In this document: one piece after another, positions 1-9,187 of the stretch
How the letters are laid out: every line of letters begins with the position of its first letter
Numbering within the stretch: the stretch's first letter is position 1
Virus record (IMG/VR): IMGVR_UViG_3300032236_000643
Location: 6,411-70,410 of that record
Source of the DNA: a virus
Direction: 5' to 3' (one strand)
DNA length: 64,000 nucleotides
Made by a program: the position numbers and the translations under genes
The notes under the pieces: model-generated
The model's input: only the letters and a program-made list of their open reading frames with translations
Databases searched by the model: none
What the model was told of the DNA's origin: nothing

Positions 1-2
1 CT

Positions 3-860
3 CGTGTGGCTCGTGTGGCTCGTGTTCGTCGCGCCCAAGATGCTAAGCCAGCGGAAAGACCTGTTGAGAAGCCGGCTATGTCGCTTGCTGATGCTATGGC
101 TGCTTTGCGCCCTGAACGCGAGAACGTTGTTTTTCAACGTAATCCGATAACGCTTAATCCAATGATTGCAAATCCGATGATTGCAAATCCGACGGCGTCT
201 GAGGCTGTTAAGCCTGAACGTAAGGCGAAGCCTGTATCGGATGTGGTTGAAGAGAAACATTTGAAGTATGGGACGGCTCAGTCGATCCGTATGACGGATG
301 CTCACTTGCAGTACTTGTTGGATGAGGCTGCGTTCCAAGATATTTCAGGTAACAGCAAAGATTTCATCATTGAAATGTCTGCAAGTAAAAACGCGTTGAC
401 GATGCTGCGTGGATTGACGAAGGCATCGTTCAAAGATGCGTTTGAAGAGTACGCGAACCAGGGTGTTGAATCGTCGACGGTTGCAGAGTACAACTTTGAT
501 CCTGATGATGCGTCGAGTTATGTGGACGCGATGAAGCGTGCGAAGTCTCATCAAGAACAGTGGGAAAACCATACGGGTGATACGGGTAGAGCTGGTGGTG
601 CAAGCCATTCATATGGGTTGACCATTGGTTTCAATAAGATCACGTTGAATCAGGTGGATTATCCGCCTGATCCTGATGTGTTCCTCACGGGTGATGCGAA
701 AGCATTGGCCGCGTTGGAGCGTGGCGACAATGTCGTCATGCGGATTGTGGATCGTCAGCCTGTGCCGGAAACTCTGGCTGGCTTGTTTGGTATGCCTACG
801 AGTGCGTGGCGTGGGTTGGATGTTCCCGCGACAATTGTGATTGTTGAACTGCCGTACTAA
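3..860 (+). CDS. hypothetical head-module protein, 5' truncated by the window edge
   Basis: Frame open from position 3; RVA and NPMIA tandem repeats; lies directly upstream of the protease gene. Confidence 0.75.
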   Translation, partial: RVARVARVRRAQDAKPAERPVEKPAMSLADAMAALRPERENVVFQRNPITLNPMIANPMIANPTASEAVKPERKAKPVSDVVEEKHLKYGTAQSIRMTDAHLQYLLDEAAFQDISGNSKDFIIEMSASKNALTMLRGLTKASFKDAFEEYANQGVESSTVAEYNFDPDDASSYVDAMKRAKSHQEQWENHTGDTGRAGGASHSYGLTIGFNKITLNQVDYPPDPDVFLTGDAKALAALERGDNVVMRIVDRQPVPETLAGLFGMPTSAWRGLDVPATIVIVELPY

Positions 861-938
861 TTGGCCTCGTTTCACAGTGGCACTTGTTTCATCTGTTTGG
901 GATGATGAAAACAGGTGTAGCCCGCGTGGAGGTTAGTT

Positions 939-1637
939 GTGGATTCGTTAGATGTCGTGAAGGCACTGCGCGAAATCGATCCTGGTTTCGTTGCTTTGTG
1001 TGACACGTTGTTTGGTGCGAATGTTGATGCGGCTGACGTGTGGGCGTTCATGTATGACCGTGACGCGGTGTCGAAGATGAGTCCGACGCCGTCTGACGTG
1101 TCGTCGCCTGCTCCTGCGCCGGGTCGTAAGGGTGTGTTGATTCCGAAGCCTTTGCCGCCTGTTGCTCCGAGTGTGCCTGCGCCGAAGAAGCCGATGCCGG
1201 TGATGAAGTCTGATGATGAGCTGGCTGTTGTGTGGTCTGGCGAGTTTTCGAAGATGGATACGGATAAGCGTCAGGCGTTTGGTTGGGCGTCTGTTGTTGA
1301 GGTTGATGGTCAGCCTGTTGTTGATTTGCAGGGTGATTGGATTACGCCGGATGAGATTGAGAAGGCTGCGTATTCGTATGTGCGTAAGTCTCGTATTGGT
1401 GGGACTCAGCATCAGCGTGATGAGGATGGTGCGCCGGTTAAGGCTGGTGACATGATTGAGTCTTTTGTGGTGACCCCGGAGAAGATTGAGAAGATGGGTT
1501 TGCCGTCTGATTTCCCGGTTGGTTGGTGGGTTGGGTATCAGTATGACGATGATGCGACGTGGGCTGATATTAAAGAGGGTCGTAAGACTGGTTTCTCGGT
1601 TCATGGTCGTGGTAAGCGCGTCCCAGCGGAGATCTGA
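939..1637 (+). CDS. XkdF-like capsid maturation (prohead) protease
   Basis: Motifs FSKMDTDKRQAFGWASV, VDLQGD, ESF, GWWVG and GFSVHGRG are typical of the XkdF family; GGAGG RBS. Confidence 0.8.
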   Translation: MDSLDVVKALREIDPGFVALCDTLFGANVDAADVWAFMYDRDAVSKMSPTPSDVSSPAPAPGRKGVLIPKPLPPVAPSVPAPKKPMPVMKSDDELAVVWSGEFSKMDTDKRQAFGWASVVEVDGQPVVDLQGDWITPDEIEKAAYSYVRKSRIGGTQHQRDEDGAPVKAGDMIESFVVTPEKIEKMGLPSDFPVGWWVGYQYDDDATWADIKEGRKTGFSVHGRGKRVPAEI

Positions 1638-3019
1638 TGGCTGGGTTGAAAAACGAGCTTGATAACGCTCGCATGCAACGTGACTCACATAAGAGTTACC
1701 GTCAGGCTGATAAGAAAAGGCTTAAAGCTTTCAAGCATGAAGCGATGAGTGCTCGTGCTCTTTATGAATCAGAAGACGCTCGTCATCGTGGTTTCGCTCA
1801 AAGCCGTAACGCTGTTGCTCATGGTAAGCGCACAAACAGTGGGATGTATAACTATGAGAATCATGAAAGATACCGGTTGCTTGATCGTGCGGTGAATGGT
1901 CCTAGTTTGAAGGATCGCATCGAGCACAAGCGTCACCCTGAGCGTCGTCCTGGTGATCGTGAGAGGGCGCAGCAAGATCGGATTCTTGACCGGAATGGTC
2001 TTCGACATTATGACCCTAGCAACGACAAAATCGAGTTTAAGCAAGGGTATGTGTATCGGCCGTTGCGGTCTGCACCTAATGGAAAGTTTTACGCGATGGA
2101 GGGCGGGCACAGGCCGTTGCTTCCGGCGGATAAGAAGGTTCGTAAAGAGCTGTCGTCAGTAAAAGACGTCAGCAAAAAGCTTCCTTCATCGTTGCGCGCT
2201 ATTGGTACTGAGCACGTGCGTGGTATGACTGTCCCGAAGTTTAAGCCAACGTCGAATCCGTACATCAGATCACGTCAAATTGCGGCTGGTATGGGTTATC
2301 CAAAGGTCGTGCGTCAGGTTGAGGATAAGGCGGCGCACGAGGTTGGTACGTATGTTGATGCAATTGACACTGCTCGTACACATCCCGATCCGCACACGCG
2401 GCAAACGTTTGCTTCGTTGGTAAACCGCAAGACAGGCGGTCCTACGGGTGGCATGCCTGGTTCTATTTGGGACAGAAAAGAACTTCCTCTTGTAGTTCCC
2501 AAAGGGTATGACAAGAAAACTCCGTGGCAGCACATGCGGAGCGCAGCGGATAACGCTCGAAAAACTCAGATAGCGACGGCGCGTAGCGTTCGTGACGAGT
2601 CGCGTTCACGTTTGTCTAAAAGCGAGATTGACGCAATCGTGGATGTTGAGAAGAAGTTGTCACCGGAAAAACTTGCTCAAGCGAAAGCACGTGCGCGTGC
2701 AGCTGGGCGTCCGTATCCGAACGCGTACGACAACATGATTGCTGGTGGCGCTGATTGGCGTAAGGGCAGTCATGTGAAGAAGGAAGCCGAGTTCGAATTA
2801 CCTTCGTGGTATCAGGTTGGTATACCGCCAACGCGTGTTGAGTCAGATCCGATTAATCCGTTGGCGATGGCTGCTTCAAGCCGGATCATGCTTGATAATT
2901 CTGCGGCGTTGTTGGGTCGTAATTTGTCACGTAAGCAGAAGAAGCGTGCGGAGAAGAACGTGTATCAGATTGCTGGTGCGCGTGGTTTGTTGTATTCACC
3001 GTTGGGGATGTTGGGATGA
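1637..3019 (+). CDS. basic modular hypothetical protein (putative protease-processed head cargo)
   Basis: 460-aa ORF coupled by TGATG to the protease gene; very Arg/Lys-rich; VSKK, LSKS and VEKK motifs. Confidence 0.75.
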   Translation: MAGLKNELDNARMQRDSHKSYRQADKKRLKAFKHEAMSARALYESEDARHRGFAQSRNAVAHGKRTNSGMYNYENHERYRLLDRAVNGPSLKDRIEHKRHPERRPGDRERAQQDRILDRNGLRHYDPSNDKIEFKQGYVYRPLRSAPNGKFYAMEGGHRPLLPADKKVRKELSSVKDVSKKLPSSLRAIGTEHVRGMTVPKFKPTSNPYIRSRQIAAGMGYPKVVRQVEDKAAHEVGTYVDAIDTARTHPDPHTRQTFASLVNRKTGGPTGGMPGSIWDRKELPLVVPKGYDKKTPWQHMRSAADNARKTQIATARSVRDESRSRLSKSEIDAIVDVEKKLSPEKLAQAKARARAAGRPYPNAYDNMIAGGADWRKGSHVKKEAEFELPSWYQVGIPPTRVESDPINPLAMAASSRIMLDNSAALLGRNLSRKQKKRAEKNVYQIAGARGLLYSPLGMLG

Positions 3020-4476
3020 GCGAGATGCAACCGGGGAATGATCGTACTCAGCGTGCGATTACTGCTGGCTTGTCGGCTACTGGCGCTGCTGCTGGTGTGG
3101 GTGGTTTGGCGTATGCGGCTCATGATGCGGTGAATACGGTTCGTGCGGGTAAGAAGATTCCGTTGAAAACGAAGGCTTTGATTCCGCTTGAGACTGCGGG
3201 TCTTGCGGGTGAGGTCATGGCTACGAAAATTCTTCATAACGATGCGAAGCGTGATAAGCAACTTTCGGGCAACGTGGCGAAGCGAGATTTTTCTGCGGGT
3301 CAACGTCGTAAGTTGGCGTCCAAGGGTGATGCGTTGCCTGATGGTTCTTTTCCGATTAAAAACCGTTCGGATCTTGCTAACGCGAAACGGCTTGTCGGTC
3401 GTTCTAAGCATCCTGAGGAAGCACGTGAGTTTATTGCTCGTCGAGAATCGGAGTTGAGTAAAGCGATGTCGCGTATGGATGTTGATCCGAAGAATGGTAA
3501 GGGTCGCCGTATCGTTGTTGAGAATGCTGAGTCGGCGGAAGAGAACAAGGAAGAGAATTCTGTTCCTGTGACGCGTAAGAAGTTGCTTGCGATGGCTGTT
3601 GATGTTAAGAACGGCGCGTCGATAAAGGAGGAAGTAGGCAAGGGGTTAAATCCTTCACAACTTGAGGCTGCGACGCGGATCTATTCCGGTGGTGGCAACA
3701 AGGGAGCGCGAGCCTGGAAATTGCTACAACGGAATTCACGAGGGCCGCAAGGAAATGCAATTCTTGGATCGGAAAATAGCCACCGTCTTATGGCGGACAT
3801 GGCTGGCGCTGATCGGGTTCCACGTGCAATGCGCCGTCGAGGTTACACGCCAGACGATTTTTATCATCAGATTAGCCAGTCAACTCTGCGTCATGGTCGC
3901 GCATTACTTGAAAACCCTGATAAACCACGTGGGCTTAGTGCAGTCATGAAGTCCGAAGTGGACAAGGGTCTTCCTTCTGCTCTGCGCCCGGCACGTCTAA
4001 CCGCATCAGGTCTGCGTCCGCCAGGAAAGTCACGTATTTCTTTGATGGGTAACGATAGTTCTGTTCGTGACCGCATTATGGCTAACCACAATGGACGTTT
4101 GGCGGCTCGTGATCAGGAAGGTTCATCTTTCGAGGGCATGGTTTCTCGGTCACGTTCGCGGGACAAGTTTCCTCGACCATCCAAAATCGGTAAGGCTCGT
4201 TACTTCGATCCTGAAGCCGATCGTCAACGCCGTTTAGGTTTGTACTCTGGTGCTGCACTTGGTGGTGCTATCGCTGCGGGTTCTGTCGCGCATAGCAAGG
4301 GCGAGTTCGGTTTTGAACGCGAAGCAGGAGATGCTGCGAAGAAAATGTCACCAAAGTACACGTTGCGTGCGAACCGTAAAGGTGTCGCAGCTGCTGGAGC
4401 GTCACTTGGTTTGGCTGCGTTAGCAGCTGGAACGTACAAGCGTGGCATTTCGCATCGTAATCAGCCGTGGAACTAA
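3016..4476 (+). CDS. modular polyprotein with DUF6582-like module and Gly-rich hydrophobic peptides
   Basis: ATGA overlap with upstream gene; ALPDGSFPIKNRSDLANA motif; six hydrophobic-x-K motifs; hydrophobic Gly/Ala segments at both ends. Confidence 0.75.
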   Translation: MSEMQPGNDRTQRAITAGLSATGAAAGVGGLAYAAHDAVNTVRAGKKIPLKTKALIPLETAGLAGEVMATKILHNDAKRDKQLSGNVAKRDFSAGQRRKLASKGDALPDGSFPIKNRSDLANAKRLVGRSKHPEEAREFIARRESELSKAMSRMDVDPKNGKGRRIVVENAESAEENKEENSVPVTRKKLLAMAVDVKNGASIKEEVGKGLNPSQLEAATRIYSGGGNKGARAWKLLQRNSRGPQGNAILGSENSHRLMADMAGADRVPRAMRRRGYTPDDFYHQISQSTLRHGRALLENPDKPRGLSAVMKSEVDKGLPSALRPARLTASGLRPPGKSRISLMGNDSSVRDRIMANHNGRLAARDQEGSSFEGMVSRSRSRDKFPRPSKIGKARYFDPEADRQRRLGLYSGAALGGAIAAGSVAHSKGEFGFEREAGDAAKKMSPKYTLRANRKGVAAAGASLGLAALAAGTYKRGISHRNQPWN

Positions 4477-4536
4477 GTACCTAAAAAATCGTTAAGGTCT
4501 CTCGCATATACCTGTTTTCTGCTAGATCATGGGTAC

Positions 4537-5475
4537 ATGGGTAGAAAAGTCAATAAACTTTTTGACCTCGAATTCGACGAGGTTTCATCAGTCGACCGTC
4601 CTGCTAACCAGCACGGCCTGATTGCATTCTCCAAGTCTGCCAATGGTGTTGGCGTGTTTGACCTTGAGGATTCAATGACTGAAATTTACACAGAAACTGG
4701 TCTACCAGTTTACGAAGATGACCTCGAACACGGTGACGTTGTTTTCGATGAAGAAGGAAACGAGTACGTCTGGGTCATCCAAGACGAGATTGATTCCTCC
4801 GTCGATAAGGCAATGGCGATTACCGCTGGTGACGAAGCCGAAAACGTCGGATCAACTCTTGCTCGCCGTTCTGGCGGTCTTTTCAACAAGAAAGCAAAGA
4901 TTGCGGCCGGTGCTGTTGCCGGTGCATTGGGTGTCGGCGGTGCTGGCGCTTACATGATGAATCGAAAGGATAAAGACGTGGAGAAGTCGCTCGGCGACTC
5001 AGTCCTCGAGCAGCTCTCCAAGGCTGTTACCGAGGCTGACCGCGAAGCAGTTATCGCTAAGGCCCTTGACGAAGTTGAGGTCGCTAAGGCTCAGGCACAG
5101 GCCGCTCAGGAAGAGTTGGCTTACTTGCAGGATCAGCGTGTAACGGAGGCGTTCATTTCGAAGGCCGCTGAGTACAACCTTCCTGTCGCACCGGAGGTTT
5201 TCGGCCCGATTCTTAAGGCCGCAGCCACCGTTCTCACGGACGAAGAGTTGGACGTGCTTGATCACGTTCTGACTGCTGCTGGGGATGCGATCTATGAAGA
5301 GATCGGCATGTCCGGTGGAGCGTCTAACAGCATTCTCGACCATATCAATGGTTATGCCTCTGAGATGGTTACAAAGTCCGCTGGTGATTTCTCAATCGAG
5401 CAGGCCTCGACGGCGATGTTCACCGCTAACCCTGACGCGTATGACGCGTACATTGCAGAACAGAACGGACGGTAA
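4537..5475 (+). CDS. scaffolding protein with N-terminal protease-like EVSxVDxPAN segment
   Basis: Acidic and helical; lies before decoration and capsid genes; N-terminal DEVSSVDRPAN; C-terminal NPDAYDAY. Confidence 0.7.
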   Translation: MGRKVNKLFDLEFDEVSSVDRPANQHGLIAFSKSANGVGVFDLEDSMTEIYTETGLPVYEDDLEHGDVVFDEEGNEYVWVIQDEIDSSVDKAMAITAGDEAENVGSTLARRSGGLFNKKAKIAAGAVAGALGVGGAGAYMMNRKDKDVEKSLGDSVLEQLSKAVTEADREAVIAKALDEVEVAKAQAQAAQEELAYLQDQRVTEAFISKAAEYNLPVAPEVFGPILKAAATVLTDEELDVLDHVLTAAGDAIYEEIGMSGGASNSILDHINGYASEMVTKSAGDFSIEQASTAMFTANPDAYDAYIAEQNGR

Positions 5476-5480
5476 TTTCA

Positions 5481-6161
5481 ATGTCCTTTGAAGAGGGACT
5501 TAAGTCCATCTCCCTTCTCGCGGATTCCAGCCTGTACGTGTACACGGGTGTTCCTGGCGCGCTGGGTTCACCGTCTGGCTCGGGTAATCTTGGTCCTGCC
5601 GGCAACCTTTACCGTTTTGTGAAGCCCACTGGTTCTAAGACGGTTGGTCTGGCTGTGTCTAGCGCTGACTCTGTGATTGGTGTTCTTCAGAACAAGCCGC
5701 AGGTTAGTAATCAGGCTGCGACGGTTGCCATTCATGGTGTTTCCAACGTGGTTTCAGGTGCTGGTTCGTCTGGTAATGGCACAAACATTGCCGCTGGTGA
5801 TCTCGTGACTGTTGACAATTACGGTCGCGCTATCAAGGCTGCCACGCTCGCATCTGCTGTGACCCTATCGGGAAGCATCACGAAGTCAAGCGCGAACGTT
5901 ACGTACCCCGCTACAGCTAATGGTTTCGTCGTTGGTGACATTGTCACTGTCGCCGGTGCTACTAGTGCGGCGAATAACGGAACGTTTGTTGTTTCGGCTG
6001 CTGCCACGAACACGTTCACTGTGGTGAACGCGCTTGGTGTCGCTGAGACAGCTGCTGGTACTGCAACTAAGCAGAGCCTTAGCGGTCGAGTTGTTGGTGT
6101 TGCGCTTCAGGCGTCAAGCACTGTCAACGAGATCATCCCTGTTCTACTCCGAGTTTCCTAA
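5481..6161 (+). CDS. capsid decoration/cement protein with inserted beta domain
   Basis: YRFVK...VIGVLQNKP...AGDLVTVDNYGRA...VGVALQ pattern; directly upstream of the major capsid gene. Confidence 0.7.
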   Translation: MSFEEGLKSISLLADSSLYVYTGVPGALGSPSGSGNLGPAGNLYRFVKPTGSKTVGLAVSSADSVIGVLQNKPQVSNQAATVAIHGVSNVVSGAGSSGNGTNIAAGDLVTVDNYGRAIKAATLASAVTLSGSITKSSANVTYPATANGFVVGDIVTVAGATSAANNGTFVVSAAATNTFTVVNALGVAETAAGTATKQSLSGRVVGVALQASSTVNEIIPVLLRVS

Positions 6162-6190
6162 GCCGGGCTGAGCGAGAGAGGAAATAACAG

Positions 6191-7171
6191 ATGCCCACGC
6201 CCACTCAGTCCGATCTTCACGTAAACGTACCGCTGACTAATGTCAGCGTTGCGTACATGCAGTCGGCTAGTACCTATATCGCTGACAAGGTGTTCCCTAA
6301 GGTTCCTGTCAGCAAGCAGTCCAACATGTACTGGAAGTATTCGAAGTCCGATTGGCGTCGTTCTGACGTTAAGCGTCGCGCTCCGGGTACTGAGTCACCT
6401 GGTTCTGGTTGGAATCTGAACACGGATACGTATTTCGCGCACGTGTACGCGATTCACAAGGATATTGATGATCAGCTGCGTTCCAACGCTGATTCGAACT
6501 TCAACCTTGATCGCGATGCTACTGAGTTCATTACGAACCAGTTGCTGCTTCAGCGTGACATTGATTGGAATGCGAAGTACTTCACCACTGGTGTTTGGGC
6601 TACGAACAAGGTTGGTACGACTGACTTTGTTAAGTGGTCGGATGCTGGTTCTGATCCGATTTCGGATGTTGCGGATATCGTTGTTCAGTTCCGTAAGTTG
6701 ACTGGTTTTAAGCCGAACATTTGTGTCATGGGCGCGAGTGTTATGAAGGCTTTGAAGCAGCACCCGGACATCATCGATCGTATTAAGTACACGCAGAAGG
6801 GCATCGTTTCCGAGGATCTTATTGCGACCCTCTTCGATGTTGATGAGTTGTACACGTCGTATGCGACGCAGGCAACGGGTGTTCAGATGCCTGATGCTGT
6901 TGCTCAGGATGCGGCTGCTACGTTCGATTTCATCTCGGATTCAAAGAGCGTCTTGTTTGCGTACGCTCCGTCTGGTCCGTCTCTGATGACTCCGTCGGCT
7001 GGTTACACGTTCACGTGGAACGGTTACGTCGGTGGTAATAATCAGGGTATTAAGGTGAAGCGTTTCCGCATGGAGCATATTGCTGCTGATCGTATTGAGG
7101 CTGAGGCTACGTACGACATGAAGGTTGTTGCTTCGGATCTTGGTTACTTCTTGTCGCAGGTCGTGGCTTAA
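6191..7171 (+). CDS. major capsid protein
   Basis: 326 aa; LTNVSVAY, IADKVFPKVPV, WSDAGSDPI and ALKQHPDI motifs of gpE-like capsid proteins; strong RBS. Confidence 0.9.
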   Translation: MPTPTQSDLHVNVPLTNVSVAYMQSASTYIADKVFPKVPVSKQSNMYWKYSKSDWRRSDVKRRAPGTESPGSGWNLNTDTYFAHVYAIHKDIDDQLRSNADSNFNLDRDATEFITNQLLLQRDIDWNAKYFTTGVWATNKVGTTDFVKWSDAGSDPISDVADIVVQFRKLTGFKPNICVMGASVMKALKQHPDIIDRIKYTQKGIVSEDLIATLFDVDELYTSYATQATGVQMPDAVAQDAAATFDFISDSKSVLFAYAPSGPSLMTPSAGYTFTWNGYVGGNNQGIKVKRFRMEHIAADRIEAEATYDMKVVASDLGYFLSQVVA

Positions 7172-7173
7172 TC

Positions 7174-7458
7174 ATGGCGTATTACAAGACTCCTTTGGTT
7201 GTTAAGGCTGCTAAGGCCGTGACGTTGTATGACCGTAGTTCGTCTACGAATGTGACGTATGCCAAGGATCAGCAGTTGTCTTCGGCCCAGGCTAAGGCTT
7301 TTCCGAAGTTGGGTGTGTTGATCTCTAAGGGAATCTTGTATACGGCTGCGTCGTCTGGTGGTGCGGTGACTGATATTCAGGGTCGTCGTGTGAAGCCGGG
7401 TAAGACGACGATGATGAAGCCAACGCACGTGTCTTCGAGTGTGTTCAAGGTTTTGTGA
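7174..7458 (+). CDS. hypothetical protein
   Basis: Tightly packed after the capsid gene with matching codon usage. Confidence 0.6.
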   Translation: MAYYKTPLVVKAAKAVTLYDRSSSTNVTYAKDQQLSSAQAKAFPKLGVLISKGILYTAASSGGAVTDIQGRRVKPGKTTMMKPTHVSSSVFKVL

Positions 7459-7649
7459 TGCCTCCGAAGAAGAAGCTGGTGGACGGCCCGGTTTACCGGG
7501 CCGTCACACTGCTGACGGTTGGTGAGAAGGTTTTTAAGCCGGGGGATGTTGTTCCTGGTGCTGCGTCGTGGCCACGTGTTGATTCGTGGGTGCGTGCTCG
7601 TCGTATTGAACGTGTTGAGTCTGAGGTGGTGTCTGGTGGACGTGTCTAA
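7455..7649 (+). CDS. hypothetical protein
   Basis: GTGA overlap with upstream gene; small post-capsid ORF. Confidence 0.55.
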   Translation: MMPPKKKLVDGPVYRAVTLLTVGEKVFKPGDVVPGAASWPRVDSWVRARRIERVESEVVSGGRV

Positions 7650-8037
7650 GTCGTTGTCGGAGTTCGCTAATGAGGCGTTCGCTGCGACGTATCTTGAGGT
7701 CGCAAAGGCTTACAAGGATGAAAGTTTTACGAACAAGTATCTTGTTCGTCAGCCGGGTGAAACGAAGGCCATTTTGCGTGATCGTGGTGCTCAGGCCGGT
7801 GCTGCTGGATATGTTGCGGGACATGTCGGCGCGATGGGTTTGAATATGAAAGGTCACGGGAAGGCTGCGATAGCTGCTGACGCGGGTGCTCTTGGTAGCG
7901 GTATTTACGCCATGGTTCGTGGACATCGCGCGGCTAACAAATGGCGTACGGAGAACGGTTACGCGCCACGTCACGCGATTACCGGTATGCCGAAGAAGGA
8001 TAAGAAGTCTGACAGCACGCCTGACGGCGAAGACTAA
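7636..8037 (+). CDS. small membrane-peptide cargo-like protein
   Basis: GTG start after GAGGTGG; VSKS and VAKA motifs followed by two Gly-rich hydrophobic segments and a basic tail. Confidence 0.6.
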   Translation: MDVSKSLSEFANEAFAATYLEVAKAYKDESFTNKYLVRQPGETKAILRDRGAQAGAAGYVAGHVGAMGLNMKGHGKAAIAADAGALGSGIYAMVRGHRAANKWRTENGYAPRHAITGMPKKDKKSDSTPDGED

Positions 8038-8049
8038 GAGTTAACTGTC

Positions 8050-8526
8050 GTGTCATGGACGTACTCGGGAACACCTGGTTCAAGTGATTTGGATCAGGTT
8101 CGTTTCTATGTCCAAGACACAGATTCAGCGCGGCAACTGTTAACTGATGAAGAGATCACGTTTCTTCTAACTCAATGGGCTGATGCTTTTAACTCGCCTT
8201 TGTACGTGGCAGCTGTTGCGGCGGAAGTGATTGGTGCGAAGTTCGTCCCGGAAGTGAATGTTTCCGGTGATGGGATCAACGTTGATCAGGGTTCGTTGCA
8301 GCAGCGTTATAACGAATTGGCGTCTTCGTTGCGTGATCAGTACAAGGCGTTGTATCAGAATCAAGGTCCGGATTTGTCAACGATCTTGTTGGACGAGTTC
8401 CCTGATACGACGATTAAACCGTTGTCGTTTGGTGTTGGTATGCATGACAACGTGTGGGCTGGTCAGCAGAACTATGGTGGCGAAAAGTTTCCGGTGTTGC
8501 CGGGTTTGCTGGATGGTCCAGCGTGA
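8050..8526 (+). CDS. head-to-tail adaptor
   Basis: WTYSG..DQVRFYVQDTD..LLTDEEI motif and position. Confidence 0.75.
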   Translation: MSWTYSGTPGSSDLDQVRFYVQDTDSARQLLTDEEITFLLTQWADAFNSPLYVAAVAAEVIGAKFVPEVNVSGDGINVDQGSLQQRYNELASSLRDQYKALYQNQGPDLSTILLDEFPDTTIKPLSFGVGMHDNVWAGQQNYGGEKFPVLPGLLDGPA

Positions 8527-8553
8527 TTATGTGTACGGAAGGTAAGTGATCTC

Positions 8554-8679
8554 ATGTCTGAACCGCTCCCTGAGATCGGTTGGCAGGTCATTGATGCTGC
8601 TGGAAATATTGTTGATTCTGGTCCGATCACTATCGCTGAGTTCGTCGGCGATGTGTCTCAACTCTCTAACCCTGTTTAA
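8554..8679 (+). CDS. small hypothetical protein (41 aa, MSEPLPEIGWQVIDAAG...)
   Basis: Read manually; ATG after GAAGGT; fills the intergenic gap. Confidence 0.5.
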   Translation: MSEPLPEIGWQVIDAAGNIVDSGPITIAEFVGDVSQLSNPV

Positions 8680-8694
8680 GAAAGGTACGTTGTC

Positions 8695-9141
8695 ATGGCT
8701 GCTATCGCTAACAACCTCATTACGAACATTCTGACTGCAACTCTTCCGACTGGTACTAGCGGTGCACCTGGCTCGTTCACGGCTCTGGCTGCTGGTGCTA
8801 TGAAGGTTCGTCTGAATTCGACTGCATCTACTGGTGCTGCTGCTGGTACGGAAATTGGTTCTGGTGGTGGTTACACGACTGGTGGTACTGCGTTGGCTAA
8901 CGCGATTACCTTGTCAGGTACTCCGTCAACGGGTGCGCTTCCTGCGACGACTGCTTTGTCGTGGACTAACTCGTCAGCTGGTACTTGGTCGGTTATGTCG
9001 TTTGATCTGACTGATTCTGCTGGTACTCGCACGTGGTACGGAAACTTCAATGGCACGACGAACGGTACTGTCGCGATCAGTGTTGCTGTCGGTAACACGT
9101 TCCAGATCGCCGTTGGTGGTATCACCGTTTCACTGACCTAA
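8695..9141 (+). CDS. virion structural protein (neck/collar region)
   Basis: Gly/Thr-rich beta protein; AAAGG RBS; position in structural operon. Confidence 0.7.
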   Translation: MAAIANNLITNILTATLPTGTSGAPGSFTALAAGAMKVRLNSTASTGAAAGTEIGSGGGYTTGGTALANAITLSGTPSTGALPATTALSWTNSSAGTWSVMSFDLTDSAGTRTWYGNFNGTTNGTVAISVAVGNTFQIAVGGITVSLT

Positions 9142-9187
9142 TTGTTTCGTGTCGTCGTATCAATACTTGTAACTGGGAAGGTGTGCT

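Noticed and set aside
1-195. Tandem 9-nt (CTCGTGTGG) and 15-nt repeats at the window start
   Set aside because: In-frame coding repeats (RVA, NPMIA) with few copies; not an array or a recognisable terminus.
2050-2125. ParB-like motif (FYAMEGGHR) in the first cargo module
   Set aside because: A single short motif; not enough to call a domain without a profile search.
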